In this document: positions 1-14,519 of the stretch, piece after piece
Layout of the letters: the number at the start of each line of letters is the position of its first letter
Position numbering within the stretch: the stretch's first letter is position 1
NCBI GenBank assembly: GCA_910592345.1
Contig: CAJVPI010000099.1
Location: forward strand, 1-54,483
Length of the DNA: 54,483 bases
Origin: Paraglomus brasilianum
Taxonomy: Eukaryota
Direction: 5' to 3'
Position numbers and translations under genes: made by a program
Notes under the pieces: generated by a model
Told to the model about the DNA's origin: nothing
The model's database searches: none
What the model saw: the letters and a program-made list of their open reading frames with translations, nothing else

Positions 1-68
1 GGCCAACTAAATATTAAATATTTATAATCAAATATAATTTTTATTGATCGACCGGATACTTTTGATAG

Positions 69-1219
69 GGTAGTGTATGTCAGAATGCTGAACCTACAGC
101 TAAAGACTTTCACTTCGTAAATGTTCTCAGTGAATCAATGTCTGAATACTACAAGAACGAGACTGCACGAGCGCAAAAATTTCGAGAGTGTTTTAAGAAT
201 TATTTTGATATCAATTTCCCTTGTATTGAATTCAACGATGGATCATGCACAGATGGTACCTGGTTCCCTAATCCCAACGCCAGTTATATTATGAATGCTA
301 AAGTAAAAAAAGAACCCGGCACTGGAGGCAACCCACACATACAAAATATAGCATATTACAAACAATATTTTCTCCAAAACCAGGATCTTGCTGAAACGTT
401 TAGGCTGCCTTGCTTCCTTATTCAGGTTGATAGACTGGAGTTAAATATTCCCACTGCCATTTATGCTAATAAGATTATTGTAGATTCGTACGACTACATC
501 CTTTCTCTTGCCTGTTCACGCAGTCGTTTCGAGAAATTCGCTCGTATTTTCTGCGCCCTTAAGACAGCTATCGTATTACTGCAAAAATACTATGATAATC
601 CCATGCCAGAAAGCCATGCAAGTCAGAGAGAATTCCCTTATCCCAACTCTGTTAAGATGGACGATGGCGAGGAAATCCGATTTGAATATCATTCTGCTTT
701 GGGTCCACTAGTTTTTGTTGTCGATACACTTGAAAATTCACAGAATCTCCCTCAAAAATTTGTCGTTAAGTTACACAACGTTACCTTATTCTTCTCCACA
801 AACATTGCGCAAAACTACATATTGCTCCTGAGATTTATGGACATATGCATTTACCTGGCAATTGGTACATGATCGTCATGGAATATATGAGTGACTTTGG
901 CTGAATGTATGCCGAACAGACTTATCATGATACGATAAAGAGTGCAATGGATCAGTTACATTCTGCTGGATACGTGCATGGTGATCTCCGCAGCAATAAC
1001 ATTATGGTCCGTTATCTAAACACAACATCTTTGCCGGCTGTTTGTTTTGTTGACTGGGACTGGGCTGGTGAACATGAACAAGTCAAATATCCCATATCAA
1101 TTAATCCTGCCATCATTCGTCATGAGAGTGCTCGACCTCAAGGACCAATTCTAATAGAACATGACCAATTTATGGTCTCACGATTGGTCTTTAAAGACAG
1201 TGTTTGTGTTAAACGTTAA
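69..1219 (+). pseudogene. Disrupted Crinkler-type restriction-endonuclease-like + protein kinase-like gene (5' end missing)
   Basis: ORFs 138-872 and 905-1219 join if a frameshift near 771 (KFVVK-/TQRY..HCAKLHIAPEIY..WYMIVMEY) and a TGA at 902-904 are repaired. The C-terminus has kinase motifs YVHGDLRSNNIMV and FVDWDWAG..YP. The N-terminus (TDG..K.EPG.GG.P..Q...YY) looks like a PD-(D/E)xK fold. Confidence 0.7.
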
Positions 1220-2158
1220 ACCCGAACACTTTCAAATAGCATAATTAATTATGGAAGCATTTTAGTTTTTGTATCACTTCAGCTAGTAATTCAAAAGTTA
1301 GAAGAATTTGACAACTTCAAATAATCCGGAAATACTTTTTATTAGCAATAGTATTCATGGAAATGTCTGTATGACGAGATCATCCATTCACTTGGGAATT
1401 AAACTATAGTCTTAAATAATTTGCACAACACGATTGTCTGTTGATGCTTAAAGGAATATCTTTGTATTGAAAGAGTTAAAGGTTAAAAATGCATCGAAGG
1501 TCAATGTCTCTTCAAACTATATTCAGAGCTGTAATGTTATTTGATCCGACTTGGTCGACTTTTGTGATACCTTTTATGAATTCCCGCTGTTTGATATGTT
1601 GCTGATAGCACACGCTTTAGACTATGATAATGGAGTACGGTCGTACCTTCATAGTCACGTGAGATAATACAAAGTTCTCATTGGTGAAACTAACCGTTGA
1701 TTGGACGGATTGTAGCGTGGAACAACTCACTTTATTAGTTTAATTTGAATACTCAACATTCCCATCAGTAGTCGATCTCATTCCACGTGGCTATTTTTTG
1801 TTGATTAACACGGCTCCAAGCGGGACATGGCGTATACGCATCTAGCGACGCCAACCTGAAGATAACTACTAGTATGAAGATCAGTTTACAGTGAGGCGAG
1901 GTTGACTAAAACAGATGTCGTTGATATGTAGTCGAGCTTTATTTTCACATTCTTGTATTGAAAAACGAATAATTTTAAGATAGAAAACAAAAGTTCCTAA
2001 ACACGGAACAGTGGATCCAGCCACTAATAAGTACAACTCACTACCAAAATATAAACAAGTGGGAAAAAAAATTCAAGTCAAAACTATTTAAAAGAAATAA
2101 CGACAAAACTAATCAAAATGTCATTTTCCTCCCGCTCCTTTCTCTAAACACCCAACAA

Positions 2159-5153
2159 TCACCACCGTTGCATAATCTCCCCATGCGGACTCCCGGATAC
2201 ATTCCCATCAATGTTCTGTAATGAGCTTAGAAAATCACCCATAATTTCCGAACTTGGCGGAGATAAATCAAGCGCGGGTTTTATGGTTTTGCTAGTCGGT
2301 GGCGATCTAGGAATCACTGCAATTATTTCCGGAACATGGACAGAATTCCTGTGATATGTCCTTTGCGCCGTTGTTGAACTTCGAGATGGAGAACGAATAA
2401 CAGGAAGAGGTGCTATGGCAGGCTCCATTGGAAGGGAAGACGATATCGTAGTAGATTTCGGTATAGCATTGTCATTAGCAACTGTGTCGCTCAGCGATGT
2501 GCGATCACTGTCGATGCTTCTCCGACCGGTAGATGGCCGGGAATGAACGATGAGAATCTGTGGCTTAATAACAAGGCCAGGCGTCACCGATGCTCGTCGT
2601 GTTCGCCGACTAAGAACGGGATGCCCTTCTTCTGGAGTACTAGATAATGGGCTATTCGCAAGACTATAATCCAACCCAAGGTCTTCACTTTGTGATAGCG
2701 ATCGATTGAGTGCTTGTCCAGGAGTATGTACATTTGGCGTTGTCGAGCCAACTTTGTGATTTTGTTGTGTCGAACTCGACACTGAATTTACCGATCGCGC
2801 CGGTGATCTGTCACGTGAAGTACTTGGAAGTCCTGAGGTCAATGATGATGATCGTGAATGTGGATTCTGAGTATATACTCCATGTGTTGATACGGGTGTG
2901 GGTGGCGTTGAAAGCGAGGTTGATCGACTTCGCGCTCTGTTTGAGTTGGACGGTTTAAACGATGAATGGGAAGACGCTAAAGAAGATATTGAAGATGCTA
3001 TTGAGACGGCATCATGTAGAGACAGTGGATCAGATTTGAGAAATTCTGTTGACGCTCGAAGAGTTGTCAACGCAAAGCTAGAGTATTTAAATTTGTATTA
3101 GCATATATAGTAAATAAGAGATAGATCGGATCATGTCGTAATTATTAATCATGCCCACCTCAATTCTGATCGTTCGACTTTCGACAATCTAAATGTTTGC
3201 ATATAAAAAAGAACACTTCCAAGCTTTCGAATTCTAGTATTAACAATAACATATGCCATCAATGGAATAAAATCATCCGTAGTAATGGATGATCTCTCTG
3301 CACCCTCGTCAAAGCTCAATCCGCTTGTCAACTGATTTAAGAAAGTATCGGCTACATTGGCAACCTCTTGAATTGCCTTTTTGGCGCAGATAAGTTTTTC
3401 CAATGGTGTCTTTGCAGGGACGAGTTTAGACCGTGGCTCAGCGCTGATGCCTAATCCATATTGAAGGCCATCTTCACGATTATCGTCTTCATCCAGACAA
3501 CTAAGGATTTCACAAGCGGTATTGAGCGATTCTTCGGGCATATTTTGCAGACGATTGCATATGCCATAGTCTTTGAGAGTGAGACGAGCGCGGAAGTAGG
3601 CATGCATTATTGATTCGAGGTAACTATCGTGAGAATTGTATATGGGACAGAGAGCATCGGTGAAAATCTTCTGGTGGAGTTCAGCCATTATCACACTAGA
3701 AATCAACAGTTTAGACGCACAGAGAGAGAAAGGGAGAGAGAGGGGGGGGATGAGTATGTGTATGGATGGTGCTAATTGCAAGCCCAAGCCTACACGACGT
3801 GTACTTACTTTTCCAATAGTTCCAGAAATTGATCGAGCTCATGTTGCAAGCGACAAACGCTTGCGAGTGTTTGGTTGGCTTTGAGGAATGCCTGCGTTTA
3901 ATTTAATAATGGATAAAGAATTAGCTTATAATCTAATTTTAGTCGCGAGCATATATATTTTTTAGCATACCGTTACTGCCTTATTGAGGATCTGCATTAT
4001 TCGATCAACAGCATAATAAGAATATCCACGAACGTATACATAAGTCTCGTTAAATTCAGTCACCATATGTGCTAATTCCCCGATCGCATTCTCGTTCTCG
4101 GGAAAACTCTGTAAGAATAGTAGATCGGTCTCGTGATTCCTTTCTGAAGGTATAGTGGGCGATGTGCTCTCTGTTGCCATGCCTTCGCCTTCGAGCGGCC
4201 TTTCAATGATCAGGACTTGGATTGACTTGTAAGACTCGTTATAGACTAATTCCTCGCCCATGATACGGATTGTCCGATGTTCCTTGAACCCTTTACGGAA
4301 TAGAAGGTAACAAGAGAAGAAGAAAAAAATTAATAGAGCTACTTAATTAACTGTATTCGCAGTATAAATTATCTTAGCATTTATTAGCGTAACATACCTG
4401 ATATTGATTTAATGACATTCCTTTCGATGCTCACTATTTTCCCATTGATACTGTGATATTGACCAGTAAAGTATGGTGACGGAGTCAAGGAATGTGTTTC
4501 TATCCATTACACGTTTTCAGATTTAAAATTAAAGAAGAAAAGAAGCAGAAAAAAAGATGACGATCGAAACCAAGGGGTTAATTAATGGTGATCATCTAAA
4601 TTGTCACTTCCGATCGGCGAAACATGCAATGTGGGTAGATCGCTGCCCTTGCATTGCGAACATTCAGTCCGTTCTTAACTGAAATTCGAATTATCATATC
4701 CCACGTGCAACTTTTTATCTAATCAGCATACGATCCCTAATATAAGAAAGATTTGAACCAAAGGAACGACAACCAACCGATGAATGACCTTGACATTTTC
4801 AGTCCGACAATACTTCTCGAATGCGGCACACATATTACAGCCACTCGATGGAATATCTTCGGATAGTCTTTTCTCAATATTGTATAGAAAATGTTCTCGT
4901 CGAGATCGTCGTCATCTTTTGCTTCGCTTAGTGATTGATTTGAAGAGTTGGGAGAAGAGTAGAAAAACTTTTGGGAAGAATTGTCGGCGAAATTTGGAAA
5001 TGTAAGAGATGCGGAAGTGGTAGGAGATGTAGAGAATTGGGAGGGAAAACGACGAGGCGTTAGTAATTGGGGAGAAGTGTTTGATGAGTTGTGATTTGAG
5101 TTTGTTTTTGAGCGAAGTTTTTTAGGAGATACAAAGAATTTCGAAAGTTTCAT
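2159..5153 (-). CDS. VPS9-domain Rab GEF (VARP/ANKRD27-like N-terminus) with long Ser/Pro-rich tail; about 6 exons
   Basis: VPS9 motifs TPLEKLIC...ITTDDFIPLMAYVIV. Upstream exons read DLDENIFY, ICVP, GFKEHRTIRIMGEELVYNE. Approximate exons, with GT-AG introns: 5153-4778, 4499-4399, ~4290-3970, ~3892-3809, ~3697-3158, ~3075-2159. Confidence 0.8.
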
Positions 5154-8100
5154 AGTTTAGGTGGATTAGAAATGAAGAGGGGAGGATTTTGAGTTGGTAT
5201 TATGGAAGGTATATGAGTTGTAAGTTTTGAGAATGTGAAATGTCACTTTTACTTGTGAAATATTGTTATTGCGTTAAGTGAATTGACAGGTTGAATGTCG
5301 TTGTTGCAATTGTCCTTGTTATCGCAATCAAAATGCTATATATATTTTTTCCCCTCGCTATCTCTAGTGTCAAATGTATATAATATATATGTATATATTA
5401 CAAAAGAAATAGTTACACTAAATTACAAACGATTATCAAAAGAAAGAAGTGTTTCTCGACGGAAGACGAGGGAATATATAAGAAATGGTAGACAGATATT
5501 AGCAGAATGCAATCAGGTAGTCATTGATGAATAAGAGGAAAGCTGGACGAATAAAAGGTATCTTTAAGACCAAATAAATACTGGGGCTGAGTCACTGCAG
5601 CTAACGTGGTAAGGGCGTAAATGCCGTAGTTGCAGACAGGTAATGAAATATGCCAATAGTTAGAGGGGAGAAAGGGACGAAACCTAATCAGTTTAGCTAT
5701 TCAGAATCAGTTTAGCTAGCTATTCAACAACACAACCCTCGTTATATAAGAATGTCAATAATTGTCTTGCCCTTTTTTAATAATCTAGAAGAGAGTAGAA
5801 AAAATGAAATAGTGTTTTTTTTTTATTTAAAGAAATGGATATGAAATATACATGAGAGCTTGACACAATAATATGGAAGGGGAAAGCGAAAGAGAAATAA
5901 AAAATTGAAAGTTAATAAAAATTTGGTAAATTAATGGAGGTGGGGAAGTTAAATATAGTTTTCCCCTGAGGTTTGGGCGTTCAAAAATTTTGATAGAAAA
6001 GACGGAGACGCAGAGTATTAAGAATTCAGGGGGAGGGGAAGAGGAATATGGAAGGACATGTGATTGGACGAAGAATGTGGGAATAACTGCGGAATATAAT
6101 ATCGTTAGAGCCGAACAGGATTAAGGTTCCTTCTTTGGATATAGAGTTGATGATGGATGACAAAGCAAAACAGTGGGGAGAGAAGCTAATGAGAATGATC
6201 GAAGAAATCTTAAATGGAAAGAGGCGGTCATATAATTAGAACCGGCATATATAAATAGTATAAGAGAACGCGCGTAGTTACGTGAAATTGACAATACCGT
6301 CGAATGGGTCCTATTTTGAAAGTTGTGTCTAGGTGGATTATATTTACACAAGAGTAAGTAATGATTATACAGTAGTACACTTGTGCTGCTTATCTAAACG
6401 ATGCACCAAAACATAATATTATATTTATACATACAATTAACAATGAATACAACAATATACTACGTAGCTGATACTGATACACTAACATACGTGATTAATA
6501 AATATACTGTACGTAGAATAGTCTATTCTTCATTTTTCATAACATCGTCCAATAGCATGTTGTATTAATTGTGTTATTTAGCTGTGTCTCATGTGTTACT
6601 CTATGTCGTATTCATCCCTTATTTATTGCACTTGCGAAATCCACCCACAATTAAGCTATTTCACAACACTACAAAAACAATGGATGTACCTCCCCACATT
6701 CTTCTCGTTCAATGCATCAAATATGTCTGACATCATTTGTTTGACCAATACCTTTATACTCCAATTTAACTCCAATGGGCAAATTGTTCTACATCTACAC
6801 ATCTGATCGACACTTGTACTTAATGTTCAATACGTCAACTCTGCTTGCAGACTTCACACAATAGCTGGTCTCGTAATATCAGTAATAGGAAGCGCCTTAA
6901 TTTTTGAATAGTCAACCATCGCGTCTCTTTCTGTATCCATTTCTGCAACCACGCAGCTGCAGTGTATCCGCAAGAATGTCATCAGTTGCATACCAGCCAA
7001 AAAAAAAAAAAAAGAAAAAAAAAGTATTATCTGTCAGGTATGGATAATATTCATACTCACATATTGTCGCCTCTTATTATGTACAGCCCGAGCTGTACTT
7101 GCTCTACGCCATCTGTTTCGGAAAATATACGCTCATGACATGAAGCAATAATCAGATTCCACGTCTGATCAAATCCCTTTAACGTTCCCTATCAATAAAA
7201 TCATCATTCCCACTTCAGCCACATGCACACTATCTCAAATCAACAATGTTACTCACTGTTCTAATCCCATTGTCCCCTTTCTCCCCTCCTTCCTTCACTC
7301 ACCACTATTACTCGTCCGTCAACTGTAATAATCTCAACTGTCACTATCACATACAAATACGCCAACTCACAGGAATCAAGGAATATGCGCTTATTCAGAA
7401 CACAACCAATTATGTCATTCATTCCTTGCCCCAACCAATCAGAAGTCATAATATAAATTAACTTGATTACACAACTTATCTAACGTATCAATACTTAACC
7501 AACAGCCGAGATCAATGGCAATAGAATTAATACATTAGATAAGCAACTCAACAAAGAAAAGTTAAATGCGATTATATGAAAGCATCCAAATAATGTATAA
7601 TGTAAAGAGTATTATAAAGAGAAACATGCAACCTGTTAAAATAAATCCCCCACCCCCTCGGAAATAAAGAGCCAACTGCTAACAAGTAAGCTCACAATCA
7701 AACAATTGTAGCAACTGAATGGTGTAATTGTCAATGACGTAAGGAACGGGGAAAAAAGGATACGATCAACGTATTTTTGCAGTTCTGCCATCTGGTAAAA
7801 GGAAATCGCGTGCTATTTGATGAGCTTGAAAGAGAAATCTATACAAAGGCAGTAAGAATAGTAATATATAGATTAAAATCATGTCAATAGAGTAGCATGA
7901 ATGTGTACATGCATGCAGTTACCCGCCCACGAGATTGTCACTGCTCCTCTTCCCCCAATTTGTGAGTTATTCTGATGTTGAAAAGAGATAAGCTGGATAT
8001 CTAATAATATATCATATAGCATCATACAACATATCATGAATATACTGTTATTATTACTATTCAATAGGTCCAATCTTATTTCACTCTTTTCCTCGTCTTT

Positions 8101-8769
8101 TCACTCTCTTGCGTACCCAATATCTCCACTATTGATATTTCAAGGTAAGGTAAAGGTCGCAGCTGTATTCAATCAATCTTTGCACCTTATATTCAGATCG
8201 ATGACATCATCTGAATATCACAGGCTATGTCACACCTTCCATTTGCCAATCACTTTACCCGCTTGCTTTGATTCACCGTCTTTGGGAGTTTGCCTTTCAA
8301 TCTCTCCAAGACTGCAAAGGATTAGTTGATCTAGCGATTGTTCTTAAAAACTCCATCATACCGGAAAATGTGATATAATAACGCCCTTCAATCGCCACAA
8401 ATTGTACAAATTGTATACGGGCATACATTATTTCCAGATTTGCTCACTACTAAGATCCGTACTTGTAATCGTTAGACGATAAGCATAACCATGGTCATAG
8501 TCTATGAGCTTTTGGTCTGCATTTCGCTACTTTGATCAAAATATTCATAAGCATAGTTCTGTTATGTAAAGGCATCAGAGTGATTAATGATTGCGTGAAT
8601 CCAAACATTAACTTTTTCAATTTTATTATTACTGCTTTCGTTCTTTACATCTTTCTTTTTGAATACTATCTTTGCTGTCGCAGTAATTCTGTATCTTGCA
8701 TAATCTATTTTTTAAAAAGAATGCTAGAAGACCTGAAGGGTTCTATGTGTCGACTGCTCACTTGAACGA

Positions 8770-8866
8770 AAAACGTGAAATTTATATAAAAATTCGTTAT
8801 ATATAAAGTCCGTTTTAAGAAAATCAATGGAAAACGGAGCACTTCGTTAAAGCGGACTTTACTGTA
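8770..8866. mobile_element. Orphan terminus of a pogo/Tigger-like DNA transposon
   Basis: Minus strand reads TA-CAGTAAAGTCCGCTTTAACGAA, with a subterminal echo (AAAGTCCG, TAACGAA). It has the same CAGT..A start as the other pogo-like ends in the window. No partner TIR seen. Confidence 0.45.
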
Positions 8867-8869
8867 TAC

Positions 8870-9427
8870 ACTTTCCATTCTGTCTCAGTTTTTTTAGGCC
8901 TGGGCTCTGGTCAGCAAAAAAAATCCGGTAACCTTGCTTTAAATGCAACGGGTTGTATCTACTACTGTCAATCTTCCCCTCTAGTCTTACTAGAGGATCC
9001 ACGTAAATACCCACCACCGTAGTCAATATCATATCATTCTTTCAGAAACCTCCACACGCGAACTTTGTCATCACTTTCCAATCGCCATTCTCAGTGCTCT
9101 CGGCCGGATCTTTTTGTTTTTCGCAGAAATAAAAGCGGTTTGCGAGCCGCAACTCGGCTATTACAGCCTGATTCATACAAAGCAGTTCCAGTTGATTGGA
9201 TTTCAAGATGTCGTTTGTCTCTGCCTGTCAATTTTGGCGGTCTTCCACTGCGTGTCGCAGAAGTCGCCTTATTATTTTTACGATGTCTTGCTATAGTACT
9301 GTATATCCTGGACTGCCGACTTTGGATAGCCAGTTTTCTTTTCAATCTCGCGTTCTGAATGAACAAAGAGCCACCCTCCAATAATAAGACCGCGTTCAGA
9401 CTCACCGAGCTCTTGTCCTTCGGACAT
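8870..9427 (-). mobile_element. Tc1/mariner (DD34E-type) transposase relic, frameshifted and internally deleted
   Basis: Translated fragments: MSEGQELGESERGLIIG..HSEREIEKKTGYPKSAV (HTH), RSGRPPKLT.RDKRHL, SRVAARKP, VRVWR, PLVRLEGKIDS, and QSPGLK.TE (degenerate WPxxSPDLNPIE). Confidence 0.8.
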
Positions 9428-9996
9428 TTTGCGATAGAAAGTTTGTCTGTGACTGAAGCGCCGTTATTTCGTTAGTGTTGGTACTCGTGATTTCGGAGCA
9501 TACTGATAACGAACTAATATTAAAGGCGTAAATAAACGAATCTAATTAAAATTTTATTTCTCGTCAATAAAGCAAAATACCGATTAAATTTGTGGACAAT
9601 AGCGGTTGTTTTGCTTTCGAATTATATAAGTAGGGTGCAGTTTATACTTGTAATAATTTTTGACATTTTTAGGTCGCGTAACCCCCGAATTATAACTTTT
9701 TTAAATTTTCTAGACATCGCAGCCATAAGGTGCGCTAACTTTAATATTAACCTCACCCATTATGTGCATTTCTTCTCCAACAGGACAATGCAGAGAATAT
9801 ATACGTTTGTTACAAATATCGAGAGATTGTTGAAGTCAAGAAAACAAGCTCAAACTAACGCGTACACATTTATTACTATTATGTGTAACGGTTTCTGATT
9901 TTCTATTAAATTTAGTAGACCATCACCCAATCGCATTGCCTCGTTGAGAATTCTTGATCCCTTAGTATTAATTGAGATTTGACAGTTTCCGGCAGG

Positions 9997-11226
9997 ATGC
10001 CCGTACTAATTTCTCCTGCTGAACGTGAGTACATTATTAATGGCGTTGATCACAACATACGCGCAGACGGAAGAGGTCGTCTCGATTACAGACAGATAGT
10101 CATTGAAACCGGACTCATCCCTCAGGCTAGTGGTAGTGCAAGGTGTCGGTTGGGAGAGGGAACAGACGTGTTGGTAGGAGTAAACGTCGAGGTAGGACAA
10201 GTCGATATGGAAGGAGACGATGAGGTTATTCGTGAGCGGAAATCTAAGCGTGGTAGAGTAATATGTAATGTCGAATGGTGAGTTTACGATGAAATTGTAT
10301 AATCGCGGATATTCAATCTATAATTTATTTAATCGTTATCATATTCAATAAATAGCTCACCCATCGCATCACAACAATTCGCCGGTCGTGGTGCCGAAGA
10401 CTTTAACAATGAATTAACGCAGACACTGGATCGTGTGCTAAATGGTCCTCAAGGCGGGTTAAATCTCGAAAAACTTTGCATTATCCCAGGCGCCGAATGC
10501 TGGGTTGTCAACATCGATGCGTTGGTAAATCACAAAATCTGTGCTGCACTATTCTTTCTAGCATTTTGTAACTAAATTAAGAGCAGATATTAGATTATGC
10601 GGGAAACCTTCTTGATATGGTATTCATTACAACCCGTGCTGCACTACACAATACCAAAGTACCAAAGACAATCATAACTAAAACAGAAGATGGACTGGAG
10701 TTTGATTTTTCGGACGATATGGAAGATGCAGAACGAATTGAAGGGTGGGAAAATGTTCCAATTGCCGTAACGCTAAGCAAGGTAAGAAGTTTGTTGAGTA
10801 TTACATTGCGTGCGCATAACGCAAGACATGTAGAAGGTAACAAGCCCTGATAAAAATAAAGATTGGGTCTCGCCACATAGTCGACGCTACACCATTGGAG
10901 GAGCTAACAGTAGACGCAAGATTGCTGGTAGCCGTCAATAAGAATGGGAAAATATGTGGAGTGCAGAAAGGTGGAAGTGGTAGCATTGAACCGAGTCTGT
11001 TGAATGAAATGATCCAGGTAATATTCTTTCGAAATTGTTCGGACGAGATGTGAGGAGCAACAATCACAACAAGATTGTTAACATGTTTATGTAGACTGGA
11101 GGCACGATAGGCCAACACGTTATTCAGAAATTGGATGAGCAGCTTGAACGTGAAGAAAAAGAAACATCAAAGAAAATTGTAAGAAACGAATCTGTCGGAA
11201 AGCTAGGCTTTTTCGCAGCAATATAA
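9997..11226 (+). CDS. RRP42: Exosome complex RNase PH-like subunit Rrp42 (EXOSC7); 5 exons
   Basis: MPVLISPAEREYIINGV..RADGR.RLDYR, GSARCRL..TDVLVGV, LCIIPG.ECW, DYAGNLLD, IVDATPLEE. GT-AG introns; stop TAA at 11224-11226. Confidence 0.9.
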
Positions 11227-11636
11227 GTTTATTCTTTGCCGGCTTTTAATAGCCGCCCACAATGATTGGAAGTATTTGAATGGTAGTCTTATATAAACCA
11301 GATTGATTGCCGATATCCAAGAATAAAAACAAATAGTGTATTACTTTGCGAATTTCTTTCAACGACTAATATGACAGTATGCGGACCAAATATAATGTTT
11401 ATAATTTGATCCATTATGGAATCAGTTGGGGGATTGACAGCTGAGGAGCTAGAAAATTTTAATCTATTGCAAGAGAAATTCACGCACTGTTCTGTCCATT
11501 GCTTTCAGTTATGACAAATCGAGCCTACGCATTTCACCCAAACTTGACACGTTTACTCTTTAAAGAATTACGTGTTGTTAAGGGACATTGTTCTCTTTGG
11601 AAACCACCATATTAATTTAACTACTCTCGATAGAAG

Positions 11637-14335
11637 TTAACCGACTAATAAATACAAATTCAAAGCAATTCCATGATCGAACGCTTTATCCAATTGATCA
11701 AAGTCAACGTGCGGCCAATGTTGATCAATCAATTTAAACTTCACAGTTCCGGGCAATGGTACAGTTGATGGAGTAACCACAAGTGTCCTGTATGAACACA
11801 TATTAGTTCAGAAGACCATTACATTGACAGTAAAAAAAAAAAGTAACATACCTTTTATAAAATGAGACGGAGCTATTACTTGAATCAGTAGCAACTCGTC
11901 TAAACAAAACTTGATTTGGTAGCATGGTGTTAGCAACGGTCACATCGACGACTACATGTTTCGCCAAAGTATTATCAAAGTCTTCCGGAGATGATCCGAG
12001 CAGATCATGAACATTGACTTGAATGTTTGAATCTGAAGTGATTGATGGAAAACAGTATAAATTATGCGTCAAACAATGAATCCACCAGCCAAGCAAAACA
12101 TTTTATATTTACCTCTCCAGGCAGCTGGATAACCTAGTAAATGTCTTGGAGGCATATATGTTTTGTAAAATATTATATTTGTCTCATAGATTTCTGATGG
12201 GTGTTCGTAAACTACACAATCAATGCTATTTTTTTTAGTTTTTGTGTAGGGTTTTGTTGCTATGCCGCTAAGTAACTCACCAGGAGATATAAACTTATTA
12301 TCAAGCTGGCAAATGGTATGATCTCCTCCGTTTCTTAAATGGCAGCTGTGGAATTTCATGCTTTGGTTCTGTAATTTGGCCATCATTGGAATTACTCCGG
12401 CCTGGTGAACAACTCCATAGACCATGATCATTGCTATATTAAATAATATCCACGAAACCTATAAAAAGACAGCAGAATATTAACTAAACCAACTGACAAT
12501 ACATACCCTCTTGGGAAATTAGTAACAATTCAAAACTCACCCAAAATTTCTTAGTAAGTGATTGAAAAGAATTTGCAGAGCAAAGGACTAGTATTATCAA
12601 CATTGGTAGCAGAAATCTTGCCTCTTGATGTGGTATGATTGAAAGAAAGCCGAATCCGCTTAACCCACTCGCAACCAGCACTAATTATAATCCTTAAATC
12701 AGTATCTTTGAGACAATAATACAGTTTGTTTCCCTGATTAATTACCAATGTTGTATTTGTTCCATGATTCAATCTGCCAATTCTTGATGGTTTTGAAGAG
12801 ATTAATAATGTCAAGCAATGCAAGTGGTCCAAAAAGAATCAGTAAGTTTACTATATGAAGGTATCGTGGATGCAGCCCATGCTTGGCAAGATTATTTGGG
12901 TCCATGTTGTACAGTATGTTATTTAATGGGGCAATTATGGGGCTTCCCTAGAAGAAGGTTTGAACTGAAATTAGCAAATGCCATTTTAGAAATACTTACA
13001 TAGTAATATCATTGAACATCCTACCTTCATTTCTATATTCCAATCCATACGTATCTCAAGTTTCACTATCAAATCCCATAAAATTCTACCAAGGTTTATC
13101 AGCTTTTTGTCTCTTTTAAATACTATTACACCAAAATATATATTGTCAACCAAAAGACAAAAAGCTGCAGTCATAACCATTCCCACGATGATAGGTTTAA
13201 TTCTATACGTGAAGGCATCCAACATGCCTTTGTCAGATGTAATGGAGGACCACAGAATCATAACGCCCACAGGGAGTATATATAAGATAAATGTGATTCT
13301 GGTAAAAACACCCAACATGAAGAGACATCCAAGTTTGAAAAATGACTTCCTTGACAGATAGGAGAATAAGTTAGAGGCTTGTATAAAATAGTTGCAGTAG
13401 AGGGCAATCAACATCAAAGTTATTTTTACAAAGTAATTACCGTTCGAAAGTCTATACCTGCCAAACTTTTCAACCTGCCTGTAACTGTCGTGTCATTTTT
13501 GGGTGCGACATCATTATTATTACTTCTCGCATCCCACAGTTGATTGCCCTCAATCACATAATAAAAGCACAGGGATAAGATTAAGCTTTCTATTGTGTTT
13601 GAGAACGAATGTGTGTGAAATATCAAAGTCGTGTATGCCGAGGCGAGTATTACAAGTGTAAGGGCGGCATTGCGTTGGGAATATTTCAGTAAAGACATCG
13701 ACTTGTATAATACAAAATCTGCGTTGCGAAAAAGTAATAATGGCAGTATGTGAGTGACACGTTTCTATTTGGTTATAGAAAAGACTAGTAATACATACCC
13801 AAGATGAAAGAAAGAAACAGAAAGGTTATGCGTATCGTCAAAAATAACATTCTGGATGTAATCTCTAGAAGAAAGTAAAGGCGAACGTTAGAAAATCCCG
13901 CTCGTTATCCTATGTAATCAAATTTTTTGCCAATATCACCTATTCCCAATATTGTCGTGAATCCTTTCAAAATTAGGAACGGAAACCCAACTGTTAACGC
14001 TCTATAAACAGTATTCGTCTGAAACAATTAATTGAATCGACTCTTTCAAGGACATTACAAATCAAAAAGGAACATGTTTACTTACGGAGGCACAATACTC
14101 CTAGAAGGGAGCCGTGGATCAAACTCCCAAGGAATGAAAACCTCGAGGTTAAATACATCTCCTGTTTTGCAGACATACGTTGGTTTAATAAATAATGATA
14201 GCTTTTCTCACAATTAGAATAAACGTCTTCCCTACCTGCTAATACTTCTGGACCCTGAAAAAATTCGTCAGGATGGATATAACCTGGTAATAGAGCACAT
14301 AAGAACCTAATCACGCAAAGAGACAAGTATAACAT
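11637..14335 (-). CDS. SMP3: GPI mannosyltransferase 4 (Smp3/PIG-Z); multi-exon
   Basis: [24 protein letters not shown]...[69 protein letters not shown]. Confidence 0.9.
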
Positions 14336-14519
14336 TGCATTATGTGAATGTACTGGAAATTCTTTTTTGGCGATCCAATCAATCACATGGTAACTATTCA
14401 CTCCAGTCCCGAGAGATTTCCGAATTTGTAAATGCAAGCCTTCCTCACAATCTGATTACTGTACAATAATTTTAGCATAGAGAATTTGATGACGCTTTAC
14501 CGATCAAATAACCGCAAAT

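Noticed and set aside
5295..8073. Short ORFs in the long intergenic region, and antisense ORFs over real genes elsewhere
   Set aside because: No recognisable motifs or consistent splice structure; they fit chance ORFs.
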